Shown here in pieces: positions 9,319 through 19,488 of a DNA stretch of 64,000 bases. The translations under genes were made by a program, and so were the position numbers. The stretch is from the NCBI GenBank assembly GCA_021794075.1, contig JAJYRM010000008.1, forward strand, positions 5,022 through 69,021. Direction: 5' to 3'. The notes under the pieces are model-generated. The model ran no database searches, was not told where the DNA came from, and was given only the letters and a program-made list of their open reading frames with translations. The stretch comes from Bacteroidota bacterium (GTDB lineage Bacteria; Bacteroidota; Ignavibacteria; Kryptoniales; JAKASW01). Numbering within the stretch: position 1 is the stretch's first letter; each line of letters begins with the position of its first letter.

Positions 9319-10695
9319 TCACAAGTTCCTGGTACGGATTATTTCATTTCTCAACTCTTCGAAAGTAGTGTTGCTGTAGCTCCTTTTTAGGGGAACCCTG
9401 ACACCGTTTATTTCGGCTACGACGCTCTGATGAATGATCCCGAGCACCGTCAGTTTCGGGCATTTCTTGCGGCTCATCGCGAGTACCGATTCCTGCTTCT
9501 TCGCGGAAAGCTCCTTCACCAGATCGTTTTGGCGGCGGAGTTTTTCCTGCAGGAGCTTGAGCTGCTCGACTTTCTCGTAAGTAAAATTGTTACCGTCGAT
9601 TCTCTCCCTGACCAGGATATAGACGTCGTTCTTCAGTTGATCGATAACTTTTGACTGTAGCTGAATTTCTCGGTCAATGGCGATCGCGTTCTCCCTCTGG
9701 AGTTCGGCAATGCCGACTTTCACCCTCGTGGTTGAATAATGTTCTCCACCGATCGTTTGAGCTTCGATTGCTTCGCCGGCGGCCACAGTGCCTCCCATAA
9801 TTGTGGCATTAGTGGCAATAATTTTCTCGGAGGCGATTAGATGTGCGTTCACGCATTCTTTTCCTATAGTTATCGAACCTTCAGCCTCTATCATCTGGTT
9901 TAAAACGACATTGACCGCTACAATTCCGGCAGCTCTAATCAGGCCATCGCCGCGGCCGACGAAACTTCCTTCAACGGTAACGTTCCCTCCAGCTACAATC
10001 TTGGCGTCCTCCACAGATCCTTCGACATGAAGGTCATGACGGATCCTCAGGCTGCCGCTTCCTTTTATGTCGCCGGTAACGTGTAATGAGCCGGCACACT
10101 CCAGCTCGCCGTCAGAATAGTCGATATCACCGTGTACCATGTGTTGTGGAACTATCTCCACACTTGCGGGGCCCGCGTTAAGGTAGCCGTCTGCCGCGGC
10201 TTCGAGGATTATCTTAGTTTCAGTCTCGACGCGTTTTATCTCTGGGCCCGTGAAGATGTTGCAGGCCTTTCCTTCATCGGGTTGCACTTTTCTGCCGAAG
10301 ACATCTACCCCGACAATCCCGGAGGAAGGCTTGTATATTTCGCCTATTGTATCTTCAGTGTAGACGTTCGTGATCTCAAGTTTCTTTTCGCCTTCAGAGC
10401 GGGGACGAGCCTCCAATGGCTTATAGTAGCCATCGTTGCCGTCGGAATGCCTGGAGCCGCGCGCGACCAGAGTTCTCACTCCGACGTTTTTGATTGCGGC
10501 GAGCGCGGCGTTCAAATCGACCCCGTAGACAATGCCGTTGGCTTCCAGGAGCGCCTGTATATCAGACAATTCCAGCCCATTTTGCTCTGCGGTTGCATAG
10601 GTTTCGTAGCAGTCGCCAGATATGTCAAGCTTGATGCGCGTGCTTGCGACTTCCACTTTTGTCCGACCTCCGCGATCATCTTCCGGTTGGCTCAT
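9319..10695 (-). CDS. FapA/DUF342-family protein
   Basis: N-terminal FapA_N-like segment ([24 protein letters not shown]), a central beta-helix-like repeat ([36 protein letters not shown]...) and a C-terminal coiled coil. Its start overlaps the stop of the upstream MCP. Confidence 0.65.
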   Translation of the reverse strand: MSQPEDDRGGRTKVEVASTRIKLDISGDCYETYATAEQNGLELSDIQALLEANGIVYGVDLNAALAAIKNVGVRTLVARGSRHSDGNDGYYKPLEARPRSEGEKKLEITNVYTEDTIGEIYKPSSGIVGVDVFGRKVQPDEGKACNIFTGPEIKRVETETKIILEAAADGYLNAGPASVEIVPQHMVHGDIDYSDGELECAGSLHVTGDIKGSGSLRIRHDLHVEGSVEDAKIVAGGNVTVEGSFVGRGDGLIRAAGIVAVNVVLNQMIEAEGSITIGKECVNAHLIASEKIIATNATIMGGTVAAGEAIEAQTIGGEHYSTTRVKVGIAELQRENAIAIDREIQLQSKVIDQLKNDVYILVRERIDGNNFTYEKVEQLKLLQEKLRRQNDLVKELSAKKQESVLAMSRKKCPKLTVLGIIHQSVVAEINGVRVPLKRSYSNTTFEELRNEIIRTRNL

Positions 10696-12470
10696 AATAC
10701 TTGCATCCCTCGCGTTGAAAACGCGGGCACCATTGTCCTTGCGGACTGGGCCTTTGTCGCATTTTGCCCGTGCGTAGCATTCGGGTTGATCGGCTGGTTG
10801 CCAGGATATCTCCCGCTTTCGTCGAATTTGAAATTTGTGGTGAGACTTTGTAACTCTCCGGTGAGTCGGGTTAGATCTTCTGTCGCCATCGCTATCTGGG
10901 CAATCCCTTTTGCCGATTCTGTCGAAACCGTCGAAATCGATTCCACATTCTGTGAGATTTGTTCGCTGGTCGAAGACTGTTCTTCGCTCGCGGCGGCGAT
11001 CTGCATCATCATGTCTACGACATTGTCCGTATTGCTCACGATGTTCTTTAGTGATTCGCCCGCTTTGTCCGCGAGTCTTATCCCCTCCCCCACTTCGACG
11101 TTTCCGCGCTTCATGGATGCGACCGCCACGCTTGCCTCAGCCTGGACATTTTTAATCATCGCTGCGATTTGTTTGGTAGCTGTCGTTGTCCGCTCCGCGA
11201 GCTTTTTCACCTCGTCAGCGACAACGGCGAAACCTCGACCTTCTTCTCCCGCTCTCGCGGCCTCGATAGCAGCGTTGAGGGCGAGGAGATTGGTCTGATC
11301 CGCGATATCGTCTATGACCAGCACTATCTCTCCGATTTCCTGCGTCGCAGAGCCGAGCCGTTCCACCGTAGCGGCGGAGTTTTGAACCACTTCGGCGATT
11401 TCTCTTATCTTGAGCACCGTCTGGTCGACGATCTTGCTCCCTTCATTTGCGACGACGCCGTTCTTCTTCGCGATGTCGGCAGTCAGGGTAGCGTTCCTGG
11501 AATTTTCGATTACCGTCTTGGTCATTTCTTCCACTGCCGCCGCGACTTCACTCGTCTGGTTGGACTGTTCCTGAGCGCCCGCAGAGAGTTCCTCAGTCGA
11601 GCTGCTTATCTGGGACGAAGCGGTGGCAGCCGCGGCCGAAGTATCGGAAACCCGCCTAAGGGTATCTCTGAGACTAGCTATAGTCCTGTTGACCTCCATC
11701 CCGAGCTCATACAGTTGGCCGTCCTTTTCGATATCAACGCTTGTTGTCAAATCTCCAGCCGCTAGGGCTCTGATTGCTTCTTCGATTGGTCGCGTCTGCT
11801 CTTCGAGGTATCGCTTCTGCCGTTCAATGTTTTTCCTGAGGTCTATGAAAGTCAGAAATGCCCCCACGATCTCACCATTCGCCTTCCTAATGGGGCCCGA
11901 GCTCGCGATTACCGGCATAGACCCTCCTGCGTTGTTCCGAATATTGACTTCGTAAGCGGGAAGAGGCAGGCCTTGAAGCGCACTCCTTGTGGCGCGATCG
12001 CTGCCGAACAACTCAAGAACTTTCATCTTCCCGACGACATCCGCGGCCTTCACGCGCATCAGCTCACATGCCGCTTTGTTTATGAAAGTCAGGTTCGTGT
12101 CTCTGTCGGCCATGAAAAGAGGGCTTTCGATGCTGAGTTGTATGCTTCGTGAAATAGCGGCTTCATCCTTGACATGGGATGCGATCTTATGCAAAGATGC
12201 CGCAAGACACTTAAGTTCAGCCCCCGCCACGGAGCGCGGTTCTACATCGTAATCACCTACGGCAATCCTTTCCGCATCTTGGTCAAGCGCTTTGATTTGG
12301 GAGGAAACTCGTGCCGCAAATACGAATGCCAAGGCTACGAAACCTATGACTGAAATTACCATCATCGAAATGCCGTGATCGTATCCTGCCGCGAGGGAAC
12401 CCCCAGCGACCAACAATGTACCCAGGACAACTTTCGTTGTGAGTTTCAGCTTTGCTGTCATACCCGACAT
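10692..12470 (-). CDS. Methyl-accepting chemotaxis protein (TM hairpin, HAMP-PAS-HAMP, signalling domain)
   Basis: Conserved MCP hairpin tip [44 protein letters not shown]-like segment lies between two HAMP-like segments. There is almost no periplasmic loop. Confidence 0.9.
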   Translation of the reverse strand: MSGMTAKLKLTTKVVLGTLLVAGGSLAAGYDHGISMMVISVIGFVALAFVFAARVSSQIKALDQDAERIAVGDYDVEPRSVAGAELKCLAASLHKIASHVKDEAAISRSIQLSIESPLFMADRDTNLTFINKAACELMRVKAADVVGKMKVLELFGSDRATRSALQGLPLPAYEVNIRNNAGGSMPVIASSGPIRKANGEIVGAFLTFIDLRKNIERQKRYLEEQTRPIEEAIRALAAGDLTTSVDIEKDGQLYELGMEVNRTIASLRDTLRRVSDTSAAAATASSQISSSTEELSAGAQEQSNQTSEVAAAVEEMTKTVIENSRNATLTADIAKKNGVVANEGSKIVDQTVLKIREIAEVVQNSAATVERLGSATQEIGEIVLVIDDIADQTNLLALNAAIEAARAGEEGRGFAVVADEVKKLAERTTTATKQIAAMIKNVQAEASVAVASMKRGNVEVGEGIRLADKAGESLKNIVSNTDNVVDMMMQIAAASEEQSSTSEQISQNVESISTVSTESAKGIAQIAMATEDLTRLTGELQSLTTNFKFDESGRYPGNQPINPNATHGQNATKAQSARTMVPAFSTRGMQVL

Positions 12471-12507
12471 GGTCCTTCTGCTTTCATTTTATTATTCGTT
12501 TCCAAGA

Positions 12508-14664
12508 TTATACTTGCTGAACTGTTTCTCGATGCTTGCCCATTTTGAACCTTGTCGTTAAATGTTGAAGACGTTCGGTCAGTTCGTTAAGTTCTTCGGC
12601 GGCCCCCGCAATCGCGGCTATTTCGCTCGCTGATCCTGCAGAGACGGCGGATATTGATATAATGCTCCGTGAGAGCTGCTCGCTCGCGGTGGCCTGTTCC
12701 TGGTTTGCGGAAGCGATCAGGCTAAGTGTACCGACGATTCCTTCCGCGCTTAGGACCACGCGGTTTAATGATTCGCCTGCCGCATCCGCAAGCTTGATTC
12801 CCTCGTCGACTTCTCTGTTCCCATGTTCGATCGAGTTGACAGCGCTATCGGTGCCTTCCTGAACATCTTTTATTATGGAGGAAATTTTCTTCGTTGCCTG
12901 TGTTGTGCGTTCGGCGAGCTTTCTTATCTCGTCGGCGACGACGGCGAAGCCCCTTCCACCTTCGCCCGCCCTTGCGGCCTCGATGGCGGCGTTGAGTGCG
13001 AGGAGGTTTGTCTGGTCAGCTATCTCTTCTATGACCGAAGTGATTTCGCCGATTTGCCTCCCGAGGGCGCCGAGCCTGTTAATCGTACTCGATGATTGGC
13101 GGACTACATCCGCGATGCTCCTCATCTTGGAAACCGTTTCCCCAAATATCGCTCCGCCATTCCGGGCCGCGTCCCCATTCTCTCTCGCTACCTCCACGGC
13201 CTCGCCGGCTTTCGTGGAATTTTGTGCCGCGGTGGCACTCAGCCTTTCGATAGCGCCGGCGACTTCATTGGCTTGTGTTGATTGCTCCTGGGCGTTGGCC
13301 GCGAGTTCCTCCGCGGAGACGCTTATCTGGTTCGACGCACCCGCTGTCATCTCAACTGCGCGGGCTACCTGCTCGATTAAAATGTTGAAACTCTTCACAG
13401 ACTCGTTGAAGCCGTTGAATAGCGTGCCTATCTCGTCTTCGTTTTCCACCGGGGCATGAACCGTCAAATCTCCGTCAGCTAGTTTTTCCATTTGACCAAG
13501 CAGCATGGCTATGCTGTCAGTCAGGTAAGACTTCTGCTCCTGTAGATTCTTCGATGTCTCCTTGATCTCTGTTATGTTCGTCAATACCTCGACGCCTCGT
13601 ATTGTTTCACCTGCCGAATCCGTGACAGTGGAGGCATGGTACAGGACGGGGGCTTCGACTCCGTCAAGCTCCGCGATTGATTCACCGGAGATTTGCGAAT
13701 GGTTGTTCCATGCCCTCGAAACCGGGCAGTCGCTTGTTCTACAGATGGGCAACTTGAAGACTTCGTAACACTTCTTTTTCTCTACGACGTCTTTGTACCT
13801 GTTGTGGCTTGCCTTTAGCGCGGCTGAATTCGCGAACTGGATAGTGTAATCCTTGTCAACCGCATAAACAGGATTTCCGACTTGATTCAAATAGCTGACC
13901 AACTTGGCAATGTCGACAGACATATCATTGAACGCCGCCGCCAACTCTCCAAACTCATCCTTAGATTCTATCTTGACCTGTGTGCCCCATTTGCCTCCCG
14001 AAATATCTTTCGTCGCGCCGGTAAGGGCCCTGAGAGGATTCACAAGCGATCTGTATGCCAGCACGCTCGCGATGACAGTGGCCAGGATGAGAACGCCGAT
14101 TGCAGCCCACATCCTGTCTTTGATGGTTCTCTCGGCGTTGACGCCAGCCAAACCCGCGCGCAAGACCTCCTGTGTCTCATGGCCGCTTAATCCGGATAAC
14201 TCGTTGTTCATTGCCGCAAAGTCGGAAAGGAGGCTGTCTCTGGTTGACACGAAACGCGCCGGATTCCTAAACCTGAGAGTCTTCAGGGAAGAGGGGTCAG
14301 CCGAGCGGATTTTGTTCCAGAGGGTCTCAATTGAACGGAGCGCCGTTCGGTCTCCTGTCATATTCCTTGCGATTACCTTTGTAAGAAAGGCAGCGAAGTC
14401 TGCCGACGACTCCAGGGCCTTGGATGGTTCTGCCACGCCGTATAGCACAAGCTTTTCTTCAGCGGCGGCTTTAATCGAAAGTGTATAGAGATAATTGAGA
14501 TCGCGGCCGTCATTTGCCGCGGATCTGATCCCGGATGACGCAACTGAGGCATAATCGCTAACCTCGTTACCGATTATGATGCCCGAGACTATCAAAACCA
14601 ACGTCGCTGTCCCAAAGGTGAGGAATATGCGCGTCGATAGATGTGTGTTATACAGCCACTTCAC
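12508..14664 (-). CDS. Methyl-accepting chemotaxis protein (periplasmic domain, HAMP, Cys-motif PAS, HAMP, signalling domain)
   Basis: MCP tip [43 protein letters not shown] start with GAGGTG 7 nt upstream. Two TM segments flank a periplasmic region of about 150 aa. Confidence 0.9.
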   Translation of the reverse strand: MKWLYNTHLSTRIFLTFGTATLVLIVSGIIIGNEVSDYASVASSGIRSAANDGRDLNYLYTLSIKAAAEEKLVLYGVAEPSKALESSADFAAFLTKVIARNMTGDRTALRSIETLWNKIRSADPSSLKTLRFRNPARFVSTRDSLLSDFAAMNNELSGLSGHETQEVLRAGLAGVNAERTIKDRMWAAIGVLILATVIASVLAYRSLVNPLRALTGATKDISGGKWGTQVKIESKDEFGELAAAFNDMSVDIAKLVSYLNQVGNPVYAVDKDYTIQFANSAALKASHNRYKDVVEKKKCYEVFKLPICRTSDCPVSRAWNNHSQISGESIAELDGVEAPVLYHASTVTDSAGETIRGVEVLTNITEIKETSKNLQEQKSYLTDSIAMLLGQMEKLADGDLTVHAPVENEDEIGTLFNGFNESVKSFNILIEQVARAVEMTAGASNQISVSAEELAANAQEQSTQANEVAGAIERLSATAAQNSTKAGEAVEVARENGDAARNGGAIFGETVSKMRSIADVVRQSSSTINRLGALGRQIGEITSVIEEIADQTNLLALNAAIEAARAGEGGRGFAVVADEIRKLAERTTQATKKISSIIKDVQEGTDSAVNSIEHGNREVDEGIKLADAAGESLNRVVLSAEGIVGTLSLIASANQEQATASEQLSRSIISISAVSAGSASEIAAIAGAAEELNELTERLQHLTTRFKMGKHRETVQQV

Positions 14665-14726
14665 TTTTGCCCACCTCGCTGAGGAGATTAAACAGATTCC
14701 TTTTTACTTAGCATATGAAATGTTGT

Positions 14727-15224
14727 TCAAGCATTCGTTTCCATTTCGACTTCCGCTAGCTTCTCTTGCTCGTCGGAAGAGAGAACTTTGTTGAGATCGA
14801 GTAGTATGAGAAGTCTGTCCTGGAGCTTCGCCACGCCGGTGATGTAGCTTGAATTGATGCTCGTGGTCAATTCCGGCGGGGGCTCGATAACCGTCTTCTC
14901 GACTCGTATTACTTCCTTCACTTTGTCCACGAGAAAGCCGACGACTTTGTCGATAAGCTCGACAACGATTATCCTGGTGTCGTTGTCGCGGTCTTTCCGC
15001 GCCATGCCGAACCTTTTTCGGAGATCGATAACCGGTACTATTTTACCGCGAAGGTTGATTACCCCCTCGACAAATTCGGGTGATTTGGGAACACGTGTAA
15101 TGTCCACGGTACGAATGATCTCCTGTACCTTCAGGATATCCACGCCGAATTCCTCGTTTTCAATGACGAAGCTTACCAGCTGGTATATGGTCTCGTTCAA
15201 CTGGTTGCTGCTAACCGCGGTCAT
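14727..15224 (-). CDS. cheW: Chemotaxis coupling protein CheW
   Basis: CheW domain: LVSFVIENEEFGVDILKVQEIIR, INLRGKIVPVIDLRKRFG. Confidence 0.92.
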   Translation of the reverse strand: MTAVSSNQLNETIYQLVSFVIENEEFGVDILKVQEIIRTVDITRVPKSPEFVEGVINLRGKIVPVIDLRKRFGMARKDRDNDTRIIVVELIDKVVGFLVDKVKEVIRVEKTVIEPPPELTTSINSSYITGVAKLQDRLLILLDLNKVLSSDEQEKLAEVEMETNA

Positions 15225-15227
15225 TTC

Positions 15228-17159
15228 TCATTTCCTCCTGGAACCGTTTGAGTTTGAACCGTTTGAATGTGATTCGGTCCTGTAAGCGCCCTTTGTGAGC
15301 GGAACGATCTTGCCATTTTCCCTGACTCCGAATGAACTCCTCTCGTCCAGGCTTGAAGCGAGATGGAAACGTTCGATAAGTTCGCGCAGATGTTCCGTCA
15401 GGCGGTTGAGATTTTCAGCCGTCCGAGCGAGGTCCACCGTTGCCGCTGAGACATGGCTGGACACTGTTGAAATGCTCTCGACGTTGTGTGAGATCTGCTC
15501 GCTGGCGGAGGATTGTTCTTCTCCGGCTGCGGCAATCTGGTTGATCATGCCGACGACGCCGTTTACGGAAGAAATTATTTCGGAGAGAGAGTCCGCCGCC
15601 TTGTCAGCAAGCTTCATTCCGTTCTCGGCTTCCGTGTTCCCTTCGGTCATTGCCAACACTACCTGAGTAGTCTCCTGCTGGATTCTCTTGATCATGCCGG
15701 CAATTTCCTTCGTCGCCGACGTCGTGCGCTCCGCGAGTTTTCTGACTTCGTCCGCAACTACCGCGAAACCGCGTCCTTGCTCGCCTGCTCTGGCTGCTTC
15801 GATAGCCGCGTTCAATGCCAGCAGATTTGTCTGATCGGCTATATCGTCAATGACCTGTATTATCTCGCCTATCTGAGCGCTCGATTTTCCGAGCGTGTCG
15901 ACTATCTCGGCCGACCTTTTCACGAGCTTGGCGATCTTCGTCATGCCTTCAATAGTTTCCTGAAACACTTTTTCGCCCGCGTTGGCGAGATCGGATGCTT
16001 TCTTCGCCATACCCGCGGCTTCATTAGCGTTCTTCGAGGATTCTATGACGGTCTTGGACATTTGCTCGATGGCCGTTGCGACTTCGCGTGTCTGGTTCGC
16101 CTGCTCCGCCGCACCCGTGGACATTTCCTCGGCGGCAGACGAGATCTGGCCGGATGCTTCAGCTAATGAATTCCCCGCGTGATGGACCTCTCCGATTAAC
16201 CCGTTGAGGTCGCGTATCATCTGATTGATTTTTCCCATCAGCGCCGCCACTTCATCGCTGTCTTCGATGGAGAGCTCTTTGGTAAGATCGCCTTTGGTTA
16301 CTGCCTCCACGACGTCGGATATTCTCTCGAACTGTCTCTTGAGATAAACCTGTCTATCTTCGGACTCCTTCTGCATTGATTCAGCGAGCTTTCTGGCTTC
16401 CTCTGCCTGTTGAGTCTTTAAGTTCACCTCGTCGAGCGCTTTCTTACTGTTCTCGATCATTATGTTGAACGACGCGGCCAATTGACCGATCTCATCCCCC
16501 TGATTAATGTCGACCCTCACGTCGAAATTGCCCGCGGCAACCTTTTGAACGGATTGTTTGAGCGAATCCACAGGGAGAATCACCGTCTTGCGTACAAGGT
16601 ACATCGCCACCAGGCCGAAGAAAGCAAACAGGAGAAACGTGAGAACAGATATTAGGACGCTGGTCGAGTTCTCGGAAGAGAGCGATTCAGAGGAGATCGC
16701 CACCGAAACGTAACCAAGAAGCTGGTGCGTCTTTTTGTTGTCGACTTTGATGGTCGAAATGACGACGGGGGTTCCATCGTCCATATTGGCGCTTTTGACT
16801 TTTCCCGCCATGGAAAGGGGATCTGTGTTGGAAATTCTAATTGAGCTGTAATCAAGCTGAGCAAGCGTTTGGCCGCTGGGCGTGAAGAATGACCCGGCAA
16901 CTGCATCGCCTGTCCCGACGAGGTTCCTTAGCGCGTCTGACAAACCTGACGAATCGTTCATCATAAGGCTGAATTGTGATTGCGCGCCGACAGCTTGCGC
17001 CAGGAGGTTCGCTTTGTCTTTTAGTTGGTGCTCGGAGACGCCCACCGAATATCTTGAGTAAATGAATACGAGCGTCCAGGCAAATACGATAAACGCCGAG
17101 AGGAGAATAAAAAACTTTTGTCTCAGTTTAATGTTTGCGATCCGTTGGTTGGTGTTCAT
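15228..17159 (-). CDS. Methyl-accepting chemotaxis protein (periplasmic sensor, HAMP, signalling domain)
   Basis: MCP tip [40 protein letters not shown]. Two TM segments flank a periplasmic domain of about 130 aa. Confidence 0.9.
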   Translation of the reverse strand: MNTNQRIANIKLRQKFFILLSAFIVFAWTLVFIYSRYSVGVSEHQLKDKANLLAQAVGAQSQFSLMMNDSSGLSDALRNLVGTGDAVAGSFFTPSGQTLAQLDYSSIRISNTDPLSMAGKVKSANMDDGTPVVISTIKVDNKKTHQLLGYVSVAISSESLSSENSTSVLISVLTFLLFAFFGLVAMYLVRKTVILPVDSLKQSVQKVAAGNFDVRVDINQGDEIGQLAASFNIMIENSKKALDEVNLKTQQAEEARKLAESMQKESEDRQVYLKRQFERISDVVEAVTKGDLTKELSIEDSDEVAALMGKINQMIRDLNGLIGEVHHAGNSLAEASGQISSAAEEMSTGAAEQANQTREVATAIEQMSKTVIESSKNANEAAGMAKKASDLANAGEKVFQETIEGMTKIAKLVKRSAEIVDTLGKSSAQIGEIIQVIDDIADQTNLLALNAAIEAARAGEQGRGFAVVADEVRKLAERTTSATKEIAGMIKRIQQETTQVVLAMTEGNTEAENGMKLADKAADSLSEIISSVNGVVGMINQIAAAGEEQSSASEQISHNVESISTVSSHVSAATVDLARTAENLNRLTEHLRELIERFHLASSLDERSSFGVRENGKIVPLTKGAYRTESHSNGSNSNGSRRK

Positions 17160-17168
17160 CTTAAATCC

Positions 17169-17738
17169 TCAGTTTGATGCCAAAACCTGTGTGACCGAAG
17201 CGTATTTCGCGGGGACCTTGAGTCCAAGAGCATTGAGAGTTTTTTGATTCACGTACAACTTCGTGTTGCCGCCGTCGGTGACTACCGCCGCGCAAGCCCC
17301 GGCCGAGACCCAGTCAGTATTCGGGGCGAAGAGAGGTATCCCCTGTAAGGTTGAATTCTTTATCAGATAGTCGCGGGCAATTGAACTGCCGAGCACTTGG
17401 CTATTTTGGATGACCCAGATCGCCTGCACATGATAGCTCCCAGTGAGGTCGCGGAATTGGGCCGCTACATCGGGAAGCGCTTCGACGTCTGCCAGAACGA
17501 TCTTCACTCCAAAGGAGGCGGAAGCCCTCTTGACCTGGTTCAGCAGATCCCCATTGTTGTCGGCTGACTGTTTATACATCAGTCCGACGGTTGTCGCCTG
17601 GGGCAAGATTTGTTTTATCATAAATAATGATTGCAGCGGTGTGGCATTGGACTCCAAAGCCTCGGGTGTGCCGAAAAGAGCGGCCGATACCAATAGGACC
17701 AAGGAGAGCTGGACAGCGATCTTTTTTAGCAAGTGCAT
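17169..17738 (-). CDS. Small periplasmic protein, YfiR/DUF4154-like or half-size ABC-substrate-binding-like
   Basis: Signal peptide (MHLLKKIAVQLSLVLLVSAALFG). About 165 mature residues with alternating beta-alpha pattern. The C-terminal GACAAVVTDGGNTKLYVNQKTLNALGLKVP resembles the end of YfiR and PF04392 proteins. First gene of the che operon, 9 nt upstream of an MCP. The family call is tentative. Confidence 0.4.
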   Translation of the reverse strand: MHLLKKIAVQLSLVLLVSAALFGTPEALESNATPLQSLFMIKQILPQATTVGLMYKQSADNNGDLLNQVKRASASFGVKIVLADVEALPDVAAQFRDLTGSYHVQAIWVIQNSQVLGSSIARDYLIKNSTLQGIPLFAPNTDWVSAGACAAVVTDGGNTKLYVNQKTLNALGLKVPAKYASVTQVLASN

Positions 17739-18385
17739 CTTTGCGCATCCTTTGTTTTCTTTTTAAAGCTATTTTCCTCGTTGTTAGTTTTTCTGAAGAG
17801 AATAGTCTCTCCAAGCCCTCTCGGTTTCTCATTTGCGAATATTATTGCGGTTAGGACTACAGGCGTAATCAAGCAACGTCGACGCTTCAATGAATTTTCT
17901 TGACGACTCTGTGAAAGATAGAGCCGGCCGAAACCGGTTTCCCGATAGTGTCATCGATTTCGTCACTCCCGGTATCAGTGCGCGTGTGGTTTCGGCAAAA
18001 TCCGCAAACACAAGGTTTCGAAATATTCCCCGGTGACTTGAAGCCATCGGCTTTGTGCTGCGGTACATCAAGTACATTCTGTCTATACTCCTTCATGCTT
18101 TCACCCACAATCGCCGTGCCGCTCTCTTTCTTCGGATTTTAGATTGTTTTCAACAACGGCACTGTGATTCACCTTGTCAACGGCGGAATATTAGCCAGTG
18201 GTTTGAATAATAATCGCCAGCCGTGCGCGAAGCATCGTAGGGGATAAAGTGGTGTGTCTTTCGTCGAGGCGGTTGCCGGATGGTACGGCCTAGTCATCTG
18301 ACTCGCGTCAGATCTCGGTCGATGTCCTGCCCTGGCGAATAGTGAACATCAATGGAGAATATTGCGCAAGCAGCAGGCGGATGTC

Positions 18386-18413
18386 TCAAATTTCTGCTCG
18401 GATTTGAGGATAA
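18386..18413 (+). promoter_or_regulatory. Sigma-28 (FliA)-like promoter candidate upstream of the flgB operon
   Basis: TCAA-N16-GAGGATAA compared with the consensus TAAA-N15-GCCGATAA: 3/4 and 6/8 matches, with the spacer one nt long. It abuts the sigma-54-like motif and its predicted transcription start falls inside it, so the two are alternative readings. Confidence 0.2.
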
Positions 18414-18417
18414 GAAT

Positions 18418-18432
18418 TGGCACAGTCGTTGA
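18418..18432 (+). promoter_or_regulatory. Sigma-54-like -24/-12 element candidate upstream of the flgB operon
   Basis: TGGCAC-AGTCG-TTGA compared with the consensus TGGCAC-N5-TTGC. The only mismatch is the conserved C at -12. It lies 30 nt upstream of the micro-ORF ATG. A near-identical motif occurs upstream of fliL. Confidence 0.3.
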
Positions 18433-18462
18433 ACTACATGCGGAGAGCAAAGGAGCGTTGGT

Positions 18463-18597
18463 ATGAGAAAATATTTGGTAATAGTTTCGCTGGTGGCTTT
18501 CTTTTCTACCTTGGCGGTGATTATCGCAGATGCTCAAAATGCCGAGGAGATAACTGGAGCAGTGGACGATGAGATGGACAATTATCTGGGAGTATGA
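18463..18597 (+). CDS. 44-aa micro-protein (signal/TM segment plus acidic tail), leader gene of the flgB operon
   Basis: Not in the ORF track because it is under 60 aa. Sequence: MRKYLVIVSLVAFFSTLAVIIADAQNAEEITGAVDDEMDNYLGV. AAGGAG lies 7 nt upstream of the ATG. The stop TGA is 2 nt before the flgB ATG. Confidence 0.4.
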   Translation: MRKYLVIVSLVAFFSTLAVIIADAQNAEEITGAVDDEMDNYLGV

Positions 18598-18599
18598 AC

Positions 18600-18983
18600 A
18601 TGAAGATTGGTCTATTTGATAGGAGCAGACTTCCCCTTCTTGAGAAGGAGATGGAATTGTATGTGGCGAGAAACAAGGCGATCGCGAACAATATCGCGAA
18701 TATTGCAACTCCAGGCTACAAGACTATTAACGTAACCTTCCGAAATGAGCTCGCGAATGCCATCGCCAATTCTACCAACGATGTCCAGCTTAGCGAGGAA
18801 GTAAAGCAGGTCGAGCCTACGATCCAGGTCGACAATAGCGGCTCGCTTGATAGCGGCGCGAACAACGTGAACATAGATCAGCAGATGGCCGATCTGGCTA
18901 AGAACCAGCTACAGTTTGAGCTGGCCGCTCGTCTGACGACCGACACGCTCACTTTGATAGACAAAAGCATAAACGGGATGTGA
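18600..18983 (+). CDS. flgB: Flagellar basal-body rod protein FlgB
   Basis: NNIANIATPGYK rod-protein N-terminal motif and C-terminal LQFELAARL. ATG 18600 is preferred over 18594 because of the GGGAG spacing. Confidence 0.9.
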   Translation: MKIGLFDRSRLPLLEKEMELYVARNKAIANNIANIATPGYKTINVTFRNELANAIANSTNDVQLSEEVKQVEPTIQVDNSGSLDSGANNVNIDQQMADLAKNQLQFELAARLTTDTLTLIDKSINGM

Positions 18984-18985
18984 TC

Positions 18986-19480
18986 ATGAAGATTGGAGAT
19001 ATGTTTTCTGCGATTGACATCAGCGCGTCCGGCCTAGCCTTGCAACGCAAGAAAATGAACGCGATAGCGAGTAACCTCGCGAACGCGGATTCTATCGGAC
19101 CGAATGGCCAGCCCTATCAAAGAGAAGTGGTCCTATCCACTCCCGGCGAGTCGATTGGTTTTAACCAGGAACTTGCCAATCAAATGATTCCAATGGAGAC
19201 ATCCGCCCCCGGTCAGACTCAACTTTCCAATTCGGATATGTCGGTTCCCGATTTCACGGTGAAGGAAGTCTCGAGTAAGGTGGTTAATGAGCCGACCGCC
19301 GTAAAGACGGTCTATGATCCTACAAGCCCGTATGCTAATTCCCAGGGATATGTCACGGAGCCGAAGATAAATGTGGTTACGGAAATGGTGGATATGATCA
19401 CAACGACGCGCGAATACCAGGCGAACGTTACCGCCATACAGGCCTCAAAGAGTATTATAAAAGACTCAATCAACATCTGA
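18986..19480 (+). CDS. flgC: Flagellar basal-body rod protein FlgC
   Basis: FSAIDISASGLALQRKKMNAIASNLANADS and C-terminal MVDMITTTREYQANV. The track ORF begins at GTG 18980; I prefer ATG 18986. Confidence 0.92.
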   Translation: MKIGDMFSAIDISASGLALQRKKMNAIASNLANADSIGPNGQPYQREVVLSTPGESIGFNQELANQMIPMETSAPGQTQLSNSDMSVPDFTVKEVSSKVVNEPTAVKTVYDPTSPYANSQGYVTEPKINVVTEMVDMITTTREYQANVTAIQASKSIIKDSINI

Positions 19481-19488
19481 GGAGAATT

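Noticed and set aside
10132-11298. 388-aa plus-strand ORF spanning the fapA/MCP junction
   Set aside because: It is entirely antisense to two well-supported genes. Its composition (Ala/Ser/Arg/Cys-rich) is what the reverse frame of an MCP coiled coil produces. No SD and no recognisable domain. Shadow ORF.
10692-17159. The three MCP genes, as recent duplicates or recombination repeats
   Set aside because: The proteins share the conserved hairpin tip, but the nucleotide sequences differ at many third positions (compare ~11270, ~13000 and ~15810). They are old paralogues rather than repeats.
17887-18108. 73-aa minus-strand ORF in the divergent control region (C-x-C-x2-C cluster)
   Set aside because: Only a weak GGTG-like SD and no recognisable family. 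Composition is not clearly coding. It is mentioned in a finding but not annotated as a gene.
18349-18708. 119-aa minus-strand ORF covering the flgB start and the micro-ORF
   Set aside because: Cys/Ser-rich nonsense-like translation with no SD. It overlaps flgB and the SD-supported leader ORF on the other strand.
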